DNA of 20,435 nucleotides from a bacterium (GCA_050125095.1 JASFEA010000045.1:1-20435); one strand, 5' to 3'; positions 1 through 7,023 are shown, numbered from the stretch's first letter. Notes: generated by a model from the letters alone, not told the origin. Program-made: numbers and translations.

Positions 1-1
1 C

Positions 2-136
2 AAGCGCTGTCATGAAGCCATTCACGAGATGGGGGCTCCGCGGGTCTCCACGGTGATTAAGGTGGGGACGCGGACCGACCGGCCCCAGACCATGGACGAC
101 AAGGTCAAGAGCGTCCAGTCCAAGCTCGACAAGTAG
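2..136 (+). CDS. 3' end of MTH1187/YkoF-like (DUF77) thiamine-binding family protein, truncated by window edge
   Basis: Frame from position 2 reads KRCHEAIHEMGAPRVSTVIKVGTRTDRPQTMDDKVKSVQSKLDK*, with TAG at 134-136. This resembles the typical MTH1187-family C-terminus (family recognised from memory). Confidence 0.8.
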   Translation, partial: KRCHEAIHEMGAPRVSTVIKVGTRTDRPQTMDDKVKSVQSKLDK

Positions 137-308
137 GGGTCAGGTCTGAAAATGCACAAAAATGAGGGGTCAGGTCTTGAAATGCACAACGCTTTCAACG
201 CGGGAGCGAAGGTGGTTCCGCGGAGGCTTCGCGTTGTAAACAAGCCGCCGTTGGAATGGCCGGCAACCGGCCATAGGCTGGCCGATGTGCATTTCAAGAC
301 CTGACCCC
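136..308. repeat. REP/MITE-like element copy 1: two tandem forward repeats (136-159, 166-189), a structured ~96-nt interior, and an inverted repeat (286-308)
   Basis: GGGGTCAGGTCTTGAAATGCACA at 166-188 is the exact reverse complement of TGTGCATTTCAAGACCTGACCCC at 286-308. A variant copy lies 30 bp upstream at 136. Confidence 0.9.
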
Positions 309-312
309 ATCT

Positions 313-870
313 CTATCCCCTGATGAGGTCCGCGGCCTTGCGCATGGCCCAGACGGCGGCGGCCATTACGAGCGCTGCCGTGGTCCCCAGTATTATGACC
401 GGCTGGGATACCCTCTGGACAAATGAGGTCGATTCGGCGGAGGCGCTCATGCTGCCCGGGATGAGCCCGGCGAAAGCTCCGCCCAACCGCGAGAGCGGCC
501 CCCCCAGGAAGTCTCCCAGTACCTCCATCCCGGGGCCCATGACTCCCGCAACCTCGCTTCTGAATATAAACAGAACGATCGCGGCGGCGGCGAACACCAG
601 GGCCGGCACAAGCGGTTCCAGCTTCTCGGCGCGCCTCCGGGCTCGGTCTACTTCCATGGCGCGCGCCATTACTCGCTGGGTGAAGTCCGGCGACAGATCC
701 GAGGGCACCTCTTGGCTGAGAGCGCCTATGATCTTCTTCTGGAGCCTGTACTCGGCCCTGCAGCGGCCGCAGACGGCGAGATGCTCTTCGAGCTCGGCGA
801 ACCTGTCCGGGGGGAGCGAGCCGTCGAGTCTCTGGCTGATCCACACAATGTAGTCAGAGCACCTCATCAC
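313..870 (-). CDS. Zinc-finger (zf-HC2/ZAS) anti-sigma factor with transmembrane segments
   Basis: N-terminus MRC...ISQRLDGSL...LEEHLAVCGRC carries the HxxxCxxC motif. Hydrophobic helices follow. The start overlaps the stop of the ECF sigma gene (867-870). Confidence 0.9.
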   Translation of the reverse strand: MMRCSDYIVWISQRLDGSLPPDRFAELEEHLAVCGRCRAEYRLQKKIIGALSQEVPSDLSPDFTQRVMARAMEVDRARRRAEKLEPLVPALVFAAAAIVLFIFRSEVAGVMGPGMEVLGDFLGGPLSRLGGAFAGLIPGSMSASAESTSFVQRVSQPVIILGTTAALVMAAAVWAMRKAADLIRG

Positions 871-1508
871 GACTCACCTCCGTCGTCCCCGGCCCCCGTG
901 GCGAGGCCTCCTGTCAGGCCGGCGATATCGCCCTCGGCCAGAAGGAGGTCTCTGAGGCGCAGCCGGGCCCGGTGAATATGCGTCTTCACCGTCCCGAGGG
1001 GAATTCCCATGATATCTGCTATCTCTTCGTACTTGGCCTGTTCGAGGTAGAAAAGCGTGAGCACGGTGCGGTATTGGGGCGGCAATCTCTCCATGAGTGT
1101 CCGTATGCTTTGAGAGAGGTCCCGCTTCTCGATCTCGTCTTCAAGACCTTGACGGGCGTCTGGGAGGAGGCAATGAAGTTTTTCATCGCCCTCTTCTTCA
1201 ATAGAGAGATGCTCGCCCCTTCTACCTTTCTTCCTTATTTCCGACAGGCAAAGATTGTGAGCGATCTTGTAAACCCAAGTCTTGAAAGTGCTTCCCCCGC
1301 GAAAGCCGGGTATAGCCCTGTAGACCTTTATAAAGACCTCCTGGGTGAGGTCCTCGTCGTCGGGCCCTCCGACCATGCGCCTTACGAGCCGGTGAATCCT
1401 GTCCTTATAGCGGTCCACCAGCACGGTGAAGGCGGCGTGGTTGTCGCCCTGGCAGAGCACCACCAGCTGCTCGTCGCTGAGTTCCCTTAAGGGCCTGCTC
1501 TGGCTCAC
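867..1508 (-). CDS. ECF-family RNA polymerase sigma-70 factor (SigW/RpoE-like)
   Basis: Region 2 DLTQEVFIKVYRAIPGFRGGSTFKTWVYKIAHN and region 4 YEEIADIMGIPLGTVKTHIHRAR. Likely GTG start at 1508 with GGAG 6 nt upstream; the ORF-track start at 1628 is probably too long. Confidence 0.95.
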   Translation of the reverse strand: MSQSRPLRELSDEQLVVLCQGDNHAAFTVLVDRYKDRIHRLVRRMVGGPDDEDLTQEVFIKVYRAIPGFRGGSTFKTWVYKIAHNLCLSEIRKKGRRGEHLSIEEEGDEKLHCLLPDARQGLEDEIEKRDLSQSIRTLMERLPPQYRTVLTLFYLEQAKYEEIADIMGIPLGTVKTHIHRARLRLRDLLLAEGDIAGLTGGLATGAGDDGGES

Positions 1509-1655
1509 TTGCTGCTCCGATGAAGAGAGTGTACGGGCTCCTCGCGGCCGGGGCCAGCCCAGCCTCCCAAGGGAGAGCCTATCGGCCCCCAGCGACATTT
1601 GCAAGACTGCGGTTGAAGAACAAGCCAATTCGATTTCCTCCGTTCTATTAGACTA

Positions 1656-1682
1656 GACGCCCCATGCCCGGGCAATGTTTCA
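1656..1682 (-). promoter_or_regulatory. ECF-type promoter TGAAAC-N17-CGTC upstream of the sigma/anti-sigma operon (likely autoregulatory)
   Basis: Minus strand reads TGAAAC attgcccgggcatgggg CGTC. The same motif occurs on the plus strand at 1707-1733. Confidence 0.75.
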
Positions 1683-1706
1683 GGGCGAGAAGAAAATTCA
1701 CGGGGC

Positions 1707-1733
1707 TGAAACAAAACCCCGGGCTATGGCGTC
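1707..1733 (+). promoter_or_regulatory. ECF-type promoter TGAAAC-N17-CGTC upstream of the DUF6249-like gene
   Basis: Plus strand reads TGAAAC aaaaccccgggctatgg CGTC, ~80 nt before ATG 1813. Confidence 0.75.
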
Positions 1734-1812
1734 GGTGCAGGGTGGAAGGAGAAAGGGCCCCACAGACGGGCTTTAGACCGGAATCGAATAGAAAGAGGAG
1801 GAGGGAAGAGAA

Positions 1813-2205
1813 ATGCAATCGAGCATCAATCCTTTCTTGATTCCCATCGTGTTTCTCATAGGCGCCTTTGCCGTCGGTATCGTAGCCATGATACTCAATG
1901 GCAGGGCCAAGGAGCGCCGTCACAGGGAACGCATGTACCTGGCCGAGAAGGGGATGGATATACCGCCGGAGCTGTACGAGGTGCAGAAGCAGGAAGTCAA
2001 GGAGAACGGCTACAAGGGCGGGAGGATATGGCTTATTATCCTGGGCCTGCTATGCATATTCATAGGCCTCTCGGTGATGATAATGCTGTTCGCGCGCGGA
2101 GAGCCGCACGATGCCACCGGCGGGATCGTGCCCATCGGCATAGGTATAGCATTCCTGATATCCGAGAGAATAGTCCGGAGAATAGCCGAGAAAGAAAAGG
2201 AGTAG
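1813..2205 (+). CDS. Small membrane protein, DUF6249-like
   Basis: N-terminal TM helix, then a RHRERMYLAEKG motif, then two C-terminal TM helices. Purine-rich RBS (GAGGAGGAGGGAAGAG). Divergent from an ECF sigma. Confidence 0.8.
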   Translation: MQSSINPFLIPIVFLIGAFAVGIVAMILNGRAKERRHRERMYLAEKGMDIPPELYEVQKQEVKENGYKGGRIWLIILGLLCIFIGLSVMIMLFARGEPHDATGGIVPIGIGIAFLISERIVRRIAEKEKE

Positions 2206-2243
2206 CAGGGACCTGTTTTTGGTCAAGGGGAGCAGGTCTTCAG

Positions 2244-2273
2244 GGGCCGCCGCCCAGCGGCGGCCCTTTTTTT
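2244..2273 (+). terminator. Rho-independent terminator of 1813-2205
   Basis: GGGCCGCCGC-CCA-GCGGCGGCCC, a 10-bp perfect stem followed by T7. Confidence 0.9.
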
Positions 2274-2275
2274 GT

Positions 2276-2447
2276 GGGGTCAGGTCTTGAAATGCACAAT
2301 ACTCTAAGCACGGATGCGAAGGCATTCCGCCGGGGCTTCGTGTTGTAAAGAAGTCAACGGTGGAAGGCCGGGCAACCGGCCTTAGGCTGCCCAATATGCA
2401 TTTCAAGACCTGACCCCTAGTTTTTGTGCATTTCAAGACCTGACCCC
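2276..2447. repeat. REP/MITE-like element copy 2: forward repeat (2276-2299), homologous interior, two tandem inverted repeats (2395-2417, 2424-2447)
   Basis: Same 23-24-bp repeat as copy 1. Interior 2300-2394 aligns with 190-285 at roughly 75% identity (manual count). Confidence 0.9.
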
Positions 2448-2456
2448 AGAGTTTTT

Positions 2457-2485
2457 GGAATACGGCTTGAACGCATATTGTCTAA
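2457..2485 (+). promoter_or_regulatory. ECF-type promoter GGAATA-N17-GTCTAA upstream of the second sigma
   Basis: GGAATA cggcttgaacgcatatt GTCTAA. Identical boxes and spacing recur at 3965-3993. Confidence 0.75.
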
Positions 2486-2527
2486 GGAGTAGAAGGGAAG
2501 TGGTGGAAATCCTATACGGGAAGAGGC

Positions 2528-3079
2528 TTGGTTTTGACCGACCAAGAACTTATTGCAGCTGCCAGAGACGGTGATGACGGTGCTTTCAAGGAGCTTGTCG
2601 TGCGCTATGAGCCGGTGGTCGCCGCGACGGTTATAGGGATGCTGGGTAATTCCCCGGAGGCAGAGGACGTCGGCCAGGAGACCTTCATACGCTTCTACAG
2701 GGCGCTGGGCAGTTTCCGGGGCGACTCCAGCGTAAAGACTTATATAACCAGGATCGCCATGAACCAGGCCATAAACGAGATAAGGAAGAGGCAGCGCAGT
2801 CGCAGGGTCTTCTCCAGCACGCCGGCCGGAGAACTTCCTGACATACCGGACGATCGGCCGGCCCATGACGCCGGCCCCGACAGGGAACTAATAGAGCAGG
2901 CGATGCGGAAGCTGGACGATGACTTCCGCGCGGTTGTGGTGCTCAGGCTTATAGATGGATATTCGACCGCCGAAACGGCCGAGATCCTCGATATTCCGGT
3001 TGGAACAGTGCTTTCCAGATTGTCGCGGGCCCAGAAGAAGCTCAAGAGCTTGCTCAGGCCCGTAGCGGGGGAACTATGA
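2528..3079 (+). CDS. ECF-family RNA polymerase sigma-70 factor
   Basis: AEDVGQETFIRFYRALGSFRGDSSVKTYITRIAMN and YSTAETAEILDIPVGTVLSRLSRA. TTG start; exact start uncertain. Confidence 0.95.
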   Translation: MVLTDQELIAAARDGDDGAFKELVVRYEPVVAATVIGMLGNSPEAEDVGQETFIRFYRALGSFRGDSSVKTYITRIAMNQAINEIRKRQRSRRVFSSTPAGELPDIPDDRPAHDAGPDRELIEQAMRKLDDDFRAVVVLRLIDGYSTAETAEILDIPVGTVLSRLSRAQKKLKSLLRPVAGEL

Positions 3080-3516
3080 TGGAAGAACGAATACTCGAGC
3101 TGCTCTACAGGTCATTCGACGGAGAGCTCGGCCCGGGTGAGAAGGCCGAGCTGGATTCCGCGATTGCGGCCTCGCCGGAGCTCCGGCGCGAGCGGGACGA
3201 ACTCCTGGCCATGCGGGGGGCGATAGGGTCAAGCGCAGCGGAGTCTTTCGGACCGTTCTTCGCCGAGCGCGTGGTGAGGAGCATAGCTGAAGAGCGCCGG
3301 GAGGAGGGCGAAGGCGCGGGTTTCTTTGAATCGCTGCAATACGCGTTCCGCAGGGTCGCCCTGGTGGCGGCGGCGGTGGCAGCTCTCCTGCTCATATATA
3401 ACCTGAACCAGGGCAGCGGCGTTTCGGTGGCGGCGGCCTTCGGGGCGAAGGAGATCGCCGGTATTGAAGACGTCCTGACAGCCCCGGTTGAGGAGATGCT
3501 GGAGGAGCTCCTATGA
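3076..3516 (+). CDS. Putative single-TM anti-sigma factor (ZAS-like N-terminus lacking His/Cys ligands)
   Basis: LLYRSFDGELGPGEKAELDSAIAASPELRRE resembles an anti-sigma domain. One TM (VALVAAAVAALLLIY). ATGA overlap with the sigma gene. Confidence 0.75.
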   Translation: MMEERILELLYRSFDGELGPGEKAELDSAIAASPELRRERDELLAMRGAIGSSAAESFGPFFAERVVRSIAEERREEGEGAGFFESLQYAFRRVALVAAAVAALLLIYNLNQGSGVSVAAAFGAKEIAGIEDVLTAPVEEMLEELL

Positions 3517-3953
3517 AAACCAATACCAAGACGGCCCTCATAATTATCGGAACGCTCCTGATCGGTATAGTGATAGGAGCCCTGGGCAGCGGGCTTGTGG
3601 TTCACAAGTTCGCCACGAGAATGGCCGAGATGAGACATCGCGAGATATTCGTCGAGCGAATCGTGGAACTCATCGACCCGACGCCGGAACAGGAACCAAA
3701 GGTGCGGGACATTCTCACCAGGCATGCGGAGAAGTTCTCGGAGCTGGCCGAGGGCTTTCACGAAGACGCGTCGGCGCTTCTGGACTCGCTCAGGTCCGAG
3801 CTGGCCCCGGTGCTGACCGAAGAGCAGAAGGCGCGTCTCGAGGAGAGGCGTGAGAGATTCGGGAGAGTGTTCAAACATGGCGGTCGGCCCCGCGGCCACA
3901 AGCCCGGAGACAGGCCGCCGCCGCCCCCGCCCCCGGAGGACGATGGCAAATAG
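3513..3953 (+). CDS. Membrane-anchored periplasmic helical protein, Spy/CpxP-like (LTxxQ motif)
   Basis: N-terminal TM, PTPEQ and LTEEQKARLEE motifs, Pro-rich tail. ATGA overlap with the upstream gene. Confidence 0.7.
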   Translation: MKTNTKTALIIIGTLLIGIVIGALGSGLVVHKFATRMAEMRHREIFVERIVELIDPTPEQEPKVRDILTRHAEKFSELAEGFHEDASALLDSLRSELAPVLTEEQKARLEERRERFGRVFKHGGRPRGHKPGDRPPPPPPPEDDGK

Positions 3954-3964
3954 TGCGATTCCCG

Positions 3965-3993
3965 GGAATAAGAGGGGAACCTCTTCTGTCTAA
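3965..3993 (+). promoter_or_regulatory. Second GGAATA-N17-GTCTAA ECF promoter, upstream of 4044-4775
   Basis: GGAATA agaggggaacctcttct GTCTAA. Confidence 0.75.
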
Positions 3994-4043
3994 TGAAGTG
4001 AAAACGGAATATGCGACCTGATTGTCGAAAGGAGGTGAATGAA

Positions 4044-4775
4044 TTGAAGTCAAGGGTTGGAGTGATTCTTGTGACCCTGTTTGCAGTGACGGTGATAGCG
4101 GTGGCGATGGGACATGCAGACCGGGGTGACGGGCGCGGGCAAGGCCAGGGCCGTGGCCATGGGGGCTTCTTCGGTCAGATGACCGAAGAGCAGAGAGGTG
4201 CCTTGCACGAGAAGGTTGAGGAGATGAGAGAGGCCGGAGCCGACCGCGAAGAGATCCGGGAAGCAGTAAACGCGATGCTTGAAAGCTGGGGCATAGAAGT
4301 GCCTGAACGTCCCAGCCGGGAAGGTAGGGAAGGGCGGCGCGGCGAGCATATGCATCATCCTCCGTTTTTCGATCAGCTGACCGGGGAGCAGAAAGCCGAG
4401 CTTCGCGGCCTGATCGACGGAATGAGGGAGGCCGGGGCGTCGCGCGAGGATGTCCATGCCGCCGTGCGCGAGAAGCTCGAGGGCTGGGGCATAGAAGTGC
4501 CGGAGCGTCCCGGCCCGGGCGATTGCAGGGGGCACAGGAGCCAGATTTTCAAGCAGCTCACCGAGGAACAGCGCAAGGAGATACACGCCACGTTCCGCCA
4601 GATGCGGGAAGCTGAAGCCACAAGAGAAGAGATCCGCGCCGCCATTCGGGAGAAGCTCGAGAGTTACGGAGTGGAATTGCCCGACGGCGATGAAGGCGTG
4701 AAGACGCTGGACGCGCTTGAGGAAGGGAACAGAGAAAGCGCTACCTGGGGAAAAATCAAGAGTAAGTACCATTAG
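4044..4775 (+). CDS. Secreted protein with three helical (L/M)TxEQ repeats and a C-terminal TWGKIK tail
   Basis: TTG at 4044 follows AGGAGGTG. Signal peptide present. Three units like QLTEEQR..MREAGA.REEI..A..EKLE.(W/Y)G(I/V)E(V/L)P. Ends ATWGKIKSKYH. Confidence 0.8.
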   Translation: MKSRVGVILVTLFAVTVIAVAMGHADRGDGRGQGQGRGHGGFFGQMTEEQRGALHEKVEEMREAGADREEIREAVNAMLESWGIEVPERPSREGREGRRGEHMHHPPFFDQLTGEQKAELRGLIDGMREAGASREDVHAAVREKLEGWGIEVPERPGPGDCRGHRSQIFKQLTEEQRKEIHATFRQMREAEATREEIRAAIREKLESYGVELPDGDEGVKTLDALEEGNRESATWGKIKSKYH

Positions 4776-4870
4776 GACTCCCCATGTATGCGGCGCATCG
4801 GGATATGGGGCCCCATCCCCGATGCGACGGGCTCCGCCGGCTGGCGCCGGCGGAGTGGAGATTTGTCGGG

Positions 4871-5698
4871 ATGAGCAGGAAGTGGCCAGATGAACGGGCA
4901 GTTGTGGCGGGCCTGTTGTTTACGGTTTTTTTCCTCGCCGGATGCGACGAGCTCGAGCTTAAGAGCGCGTGGCGGGACCGCGAAATCGTGATAGACGGCG
5001 ATGCCACCGACTGGAGGGGGCTGACCACTTATGTGGAAGAAGGGAATATCGCTGTTGCTGTCGCCAATGACGCCGAGGACCTATTCATCTGCCTCCATTC
5101 GCCGACTCGTGAAATTGCCGGACAGATAGTAATGAGTGGTCTCACCGTGTGGTTCGATCCGGAGGGTGGTTTTGACAGGCGATTCGGAGTTCACTGTCCC
5201 GTGGGAGGCTATATGCCCAGGCGCGGAGGCCGGGAGACGATGGACCGCGACGAGATGAAAGATACCATTGATGGGATGGTAGACGAGGCGGCTAACCTGA
5301 TTGAGCTTCTGGGGCCCGACAACACTGTATACGGGACGTACGCGGCAGGTGACATCGAGGGGCTCGAGATCGCCCTCGGCTATGTGAGCGGGCGGATAAT
5401 CTATGAGCTCAGACTCCCCCTGGAGAGGACCGAAGAGAGGCCCTACGCTCTTGGCGTCAATTGGGAGAAGAAGGTAGGCATCGGGTTTCTCACGCCCGAG
5501 ATCGATATGGAAGCGATTGGGGAAGGGATGAGCGGGGAGATGGGTGAACGACCTCCTGGAGGCGGCGGTGGGCGTGGCGGCCCGGGCGGTGGCATGCCCG
5601 TTGGCCCCGGTGGTGGAGCGCCCCCCGGAATGAAGGGAGGCACGCCGGAGTTCATAGAGCTGTTATGCCGGGCCGAACTGGCTCTTCCATCAGAATAA
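4871..5698 (+). CDS. Hypothetical lipoprotein with Gly/Pro/Met-rich low-complexity C-terminal segment
   Basis: ATG 4871 (in frame with ORF 4784), lipobox FLAGC, IVIDGDATDW...ANDAEDLFICL beta-rich domain, GGGGGRGGPGGGMP tract. Confidence 0.75.
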   Translation: MSRKWPDERAVVAGLLFTVFFLAGCDELELKSAWRDREIVIDGDATDWRGLTTYVEEGNIAVAVANDAEDLFICLHSPTREIAGQIVMSGLTVWFDPEGGFDRRFGVHCPVGGYMPRRGGRETMDRDEMKDTIDGMVDEAANLIELLGPDNTVYGTYAAGDIEGLEIALGYVSGRIIYELRLPLERTEERPYALGVNWEKKVGIGFLTPEIDMEAIGEGMSGEMGERPPGGGGGRGGPGGGMPVGPGGGAPPGMKGGTPEFIELLCRAELALPSE

Positions 5699-5700
5699 AG

Positions 5701-5748
5701 CCGGCCGGGGCGTCGGTGCGCCGGCAGGCGCCGCGACGACCCGGGCGG
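5701..5748. terminator. GC-rich imperfect hairpin between convergent genes (possible bidirectional terminator)
   Basis: CCGGCCGGGGCGTCGGTGCGCC-GGCA-GGCGCCGCGACGACCCGGGCGG. No clear U tract. Confidence 0.45.
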
Positions 5749-5751
5749 TAT

Positions 5752-6927
5752 CTACTGATCGATCTTGAGAAGATAGGCCTCACAGGTTTTGTGTCCGAAT
5801 GACTCGGTTTCGCCCGCCACGACGCAGGCGCCGTCCATGGCCTGCATGATGGAATGGGCGATGTCCCTGCCCGGACCGCCGAATGTCTTGACCCAGGCGA
5901 CCTCACCGTCCGCCCGGACGCGCGCGACGTAGATGTCCTGTCCCCACTCCTCATATATATAGGTGTACCCGCCCACGACGAAATCGCCTTCCGGTGTCGG
6001 CCACACGGCCTGCGCCGTCTGCCTGCCTTCCCCGCCATAATTCCTCGCCCATTCGGTCTCGCCCGCGCCGTCCGTCCTCACAAGGTAGACGTCCATGCCG
6101 TGTTCGCTGAAGGACCTGGTCTCACCCGCCGCTATGAAGCCGCCGTCGGCGGTCTGGCGGACATCCCAGGGGACGTCCCAGTCTTCTCCGCCATAGGTTC
6201 TGGCCCAGAGGATTCCGCCGCCGGCGTCGGTTCTTATGAGATAGAAGTCCACCATGCCCCGGCCGAATGACTCGGTCGCCGCACCGATGATGTACCCGCC
6301 GCCGTCGATCTCGGCGACGGCCGTCGCGAAGTCGCCGTCTTCACCGCCATATGATCTGGCCCACTGCTGGTTCCCATCGGCGTCCGTTTTTACAAGATAG
6401 GCGTCATACGTCTCGCCGTTTCCGCCCATGGTGGCGCCCGCAAGCGCGTACCCGCCGTCCGAGGTCTGTATTACCGACTTGGCGAAGTCCATTTGAGTCT
6501 CGCCGTATGTATTGACCCATATCTCCCTGCCGTCGGCGTCGGTCTTGAGGAGATAAATGTCCCAGCTCCCGTCGCCCGGTGACTGGGTCTTGCCGGTGAT
6601 CACAAAGCCGCCGTCCGCCGTCTCGATTACGCTGCGGGCGATATCGTCCCCGTCTCCTCCGAAGGTCCGGATCCACAGGGTGTCGCCGGCCGAGTCCGTC
6701 CTTATTAGATAGACGTCCCAGGCGTCTCCTTCGCCGTCTCTGAACTTGCCCGCCATTACGAAGCCCCCGTCGGATGTGGGGTGGATCGAATAGGCATGGG
6801 CGATGCCGTCTTCTCCATATGTCTTTGTCCAGAGCGGGCCCGCCGACTGGGCGGGCAGGCTGGACGCTATGAAGGCCACCGCGACTGCGACTGCAACGGC
6901 AAAAGGAATGATCGTCCGGCGGGTCAT
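5752..6927 (-). CDS. Secreted ~7-bladed beta-propeller repeat protein (WxxT(Y/F)GG..D..TxDGG(F/Y) repeats)
   Basis: ATG 6927 after GAGGAGGG. Signal peptide, then about seven ~50-aa repeats ending D(I/V)YL(I/V)(R/K)TD. Confidence 0.85.
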   Translation of the reverse strand: MTRRTIIPFAVAVAVAVAFIASSLPAQSAGPLWTKTYGEDGIAHAYSIHPTSDGGFVMAGKFRDGEGDAWDVYLIRTDSAGDTLWIRTFGGDGDDIARSVIETADGGFVITGKTQSPGDGSWDIYLLKTDADGREIWVNTYGETQMDFAKSVIQTSDGGYALAGATMGGNGETYDAYLVKTDADGNQQWARSYGGEDGDFATAVAEIDGGGYIIGAATESFGRGMVDFYLIRTDAGGGILWARTYGGEDWDVPWDVRQTADGGFIAAGETRSFSEHGMDVYLVRTDGAGETEWARNYGGEGRQTAQAVWPTPEGDFVVGGYTYIYEEWGQDIYVARVRADGEVAWVKTFGGPGRDIAHSIMQAMDGACVVAGETESFGHKTCEAYLLKIDQ

Positions 6928-7014
6928 GATTCCCTCCTCAAGGCACCTTGTTCGAACGTGGACACATCCATGTGTCGGGCGACACCGTGACGGGTGCATT
7001 ACCCTCAGTCACCT

Positions 7015-7023
7015 ATAATATCA
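7015..7023 (-). promoter_or_regulatory. Extended -10 element TGaTATTAT for 5752-6927
   Basis: Minus strand reads ...gatTGATATTATagg, ~90 nt upstream of the start. Confidence 0.4.

Noticed and set aside
166-189. GGTCAGGTC resembles the SRP (4.5S) RNA domain IV
   Set aside because: It lacks the following CGGAAGGAAGCAGC and the enclosing helix, and it is a multi-copy repeat.
190-285. Element interior as a c-di-GMP-II or SAM-I riboswitch (GCAACCGGCC/GGCAACC) or a hammerhead ribozyme
   Set aside because: The other required conserved blocks are absent (GGGCAC/GUGGUGC pseudoknot; AUCnAGAG...GAGGGA; CUGAnGA...GAAA), and the copies sit at gene 3' ends.
22-844. ORFs 22-297(-), 170-844(-) and 323-853(+)
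   Set aside because: They are translations of the repeat element, or alternative/antisense frames of the anti-sigma gene, with no recognisable protein features.
1509-1628. N-terminal extension of the ECF sigma given by the ORF track
   Set aside because: Non-conserved-looking sequence; the GTG at 1508 has an RBS and gives a normal ECF length. Similar over-extensions were trimmed at 4011, 4784, 6999, 6994, 11139 and 14188.
136-2447. 24-bp repeats as a CRISPR array
   Set aside because: Only two tandem units with 6-nt gaps, copies in inverted orientation, dispersed sites and no cas genes.
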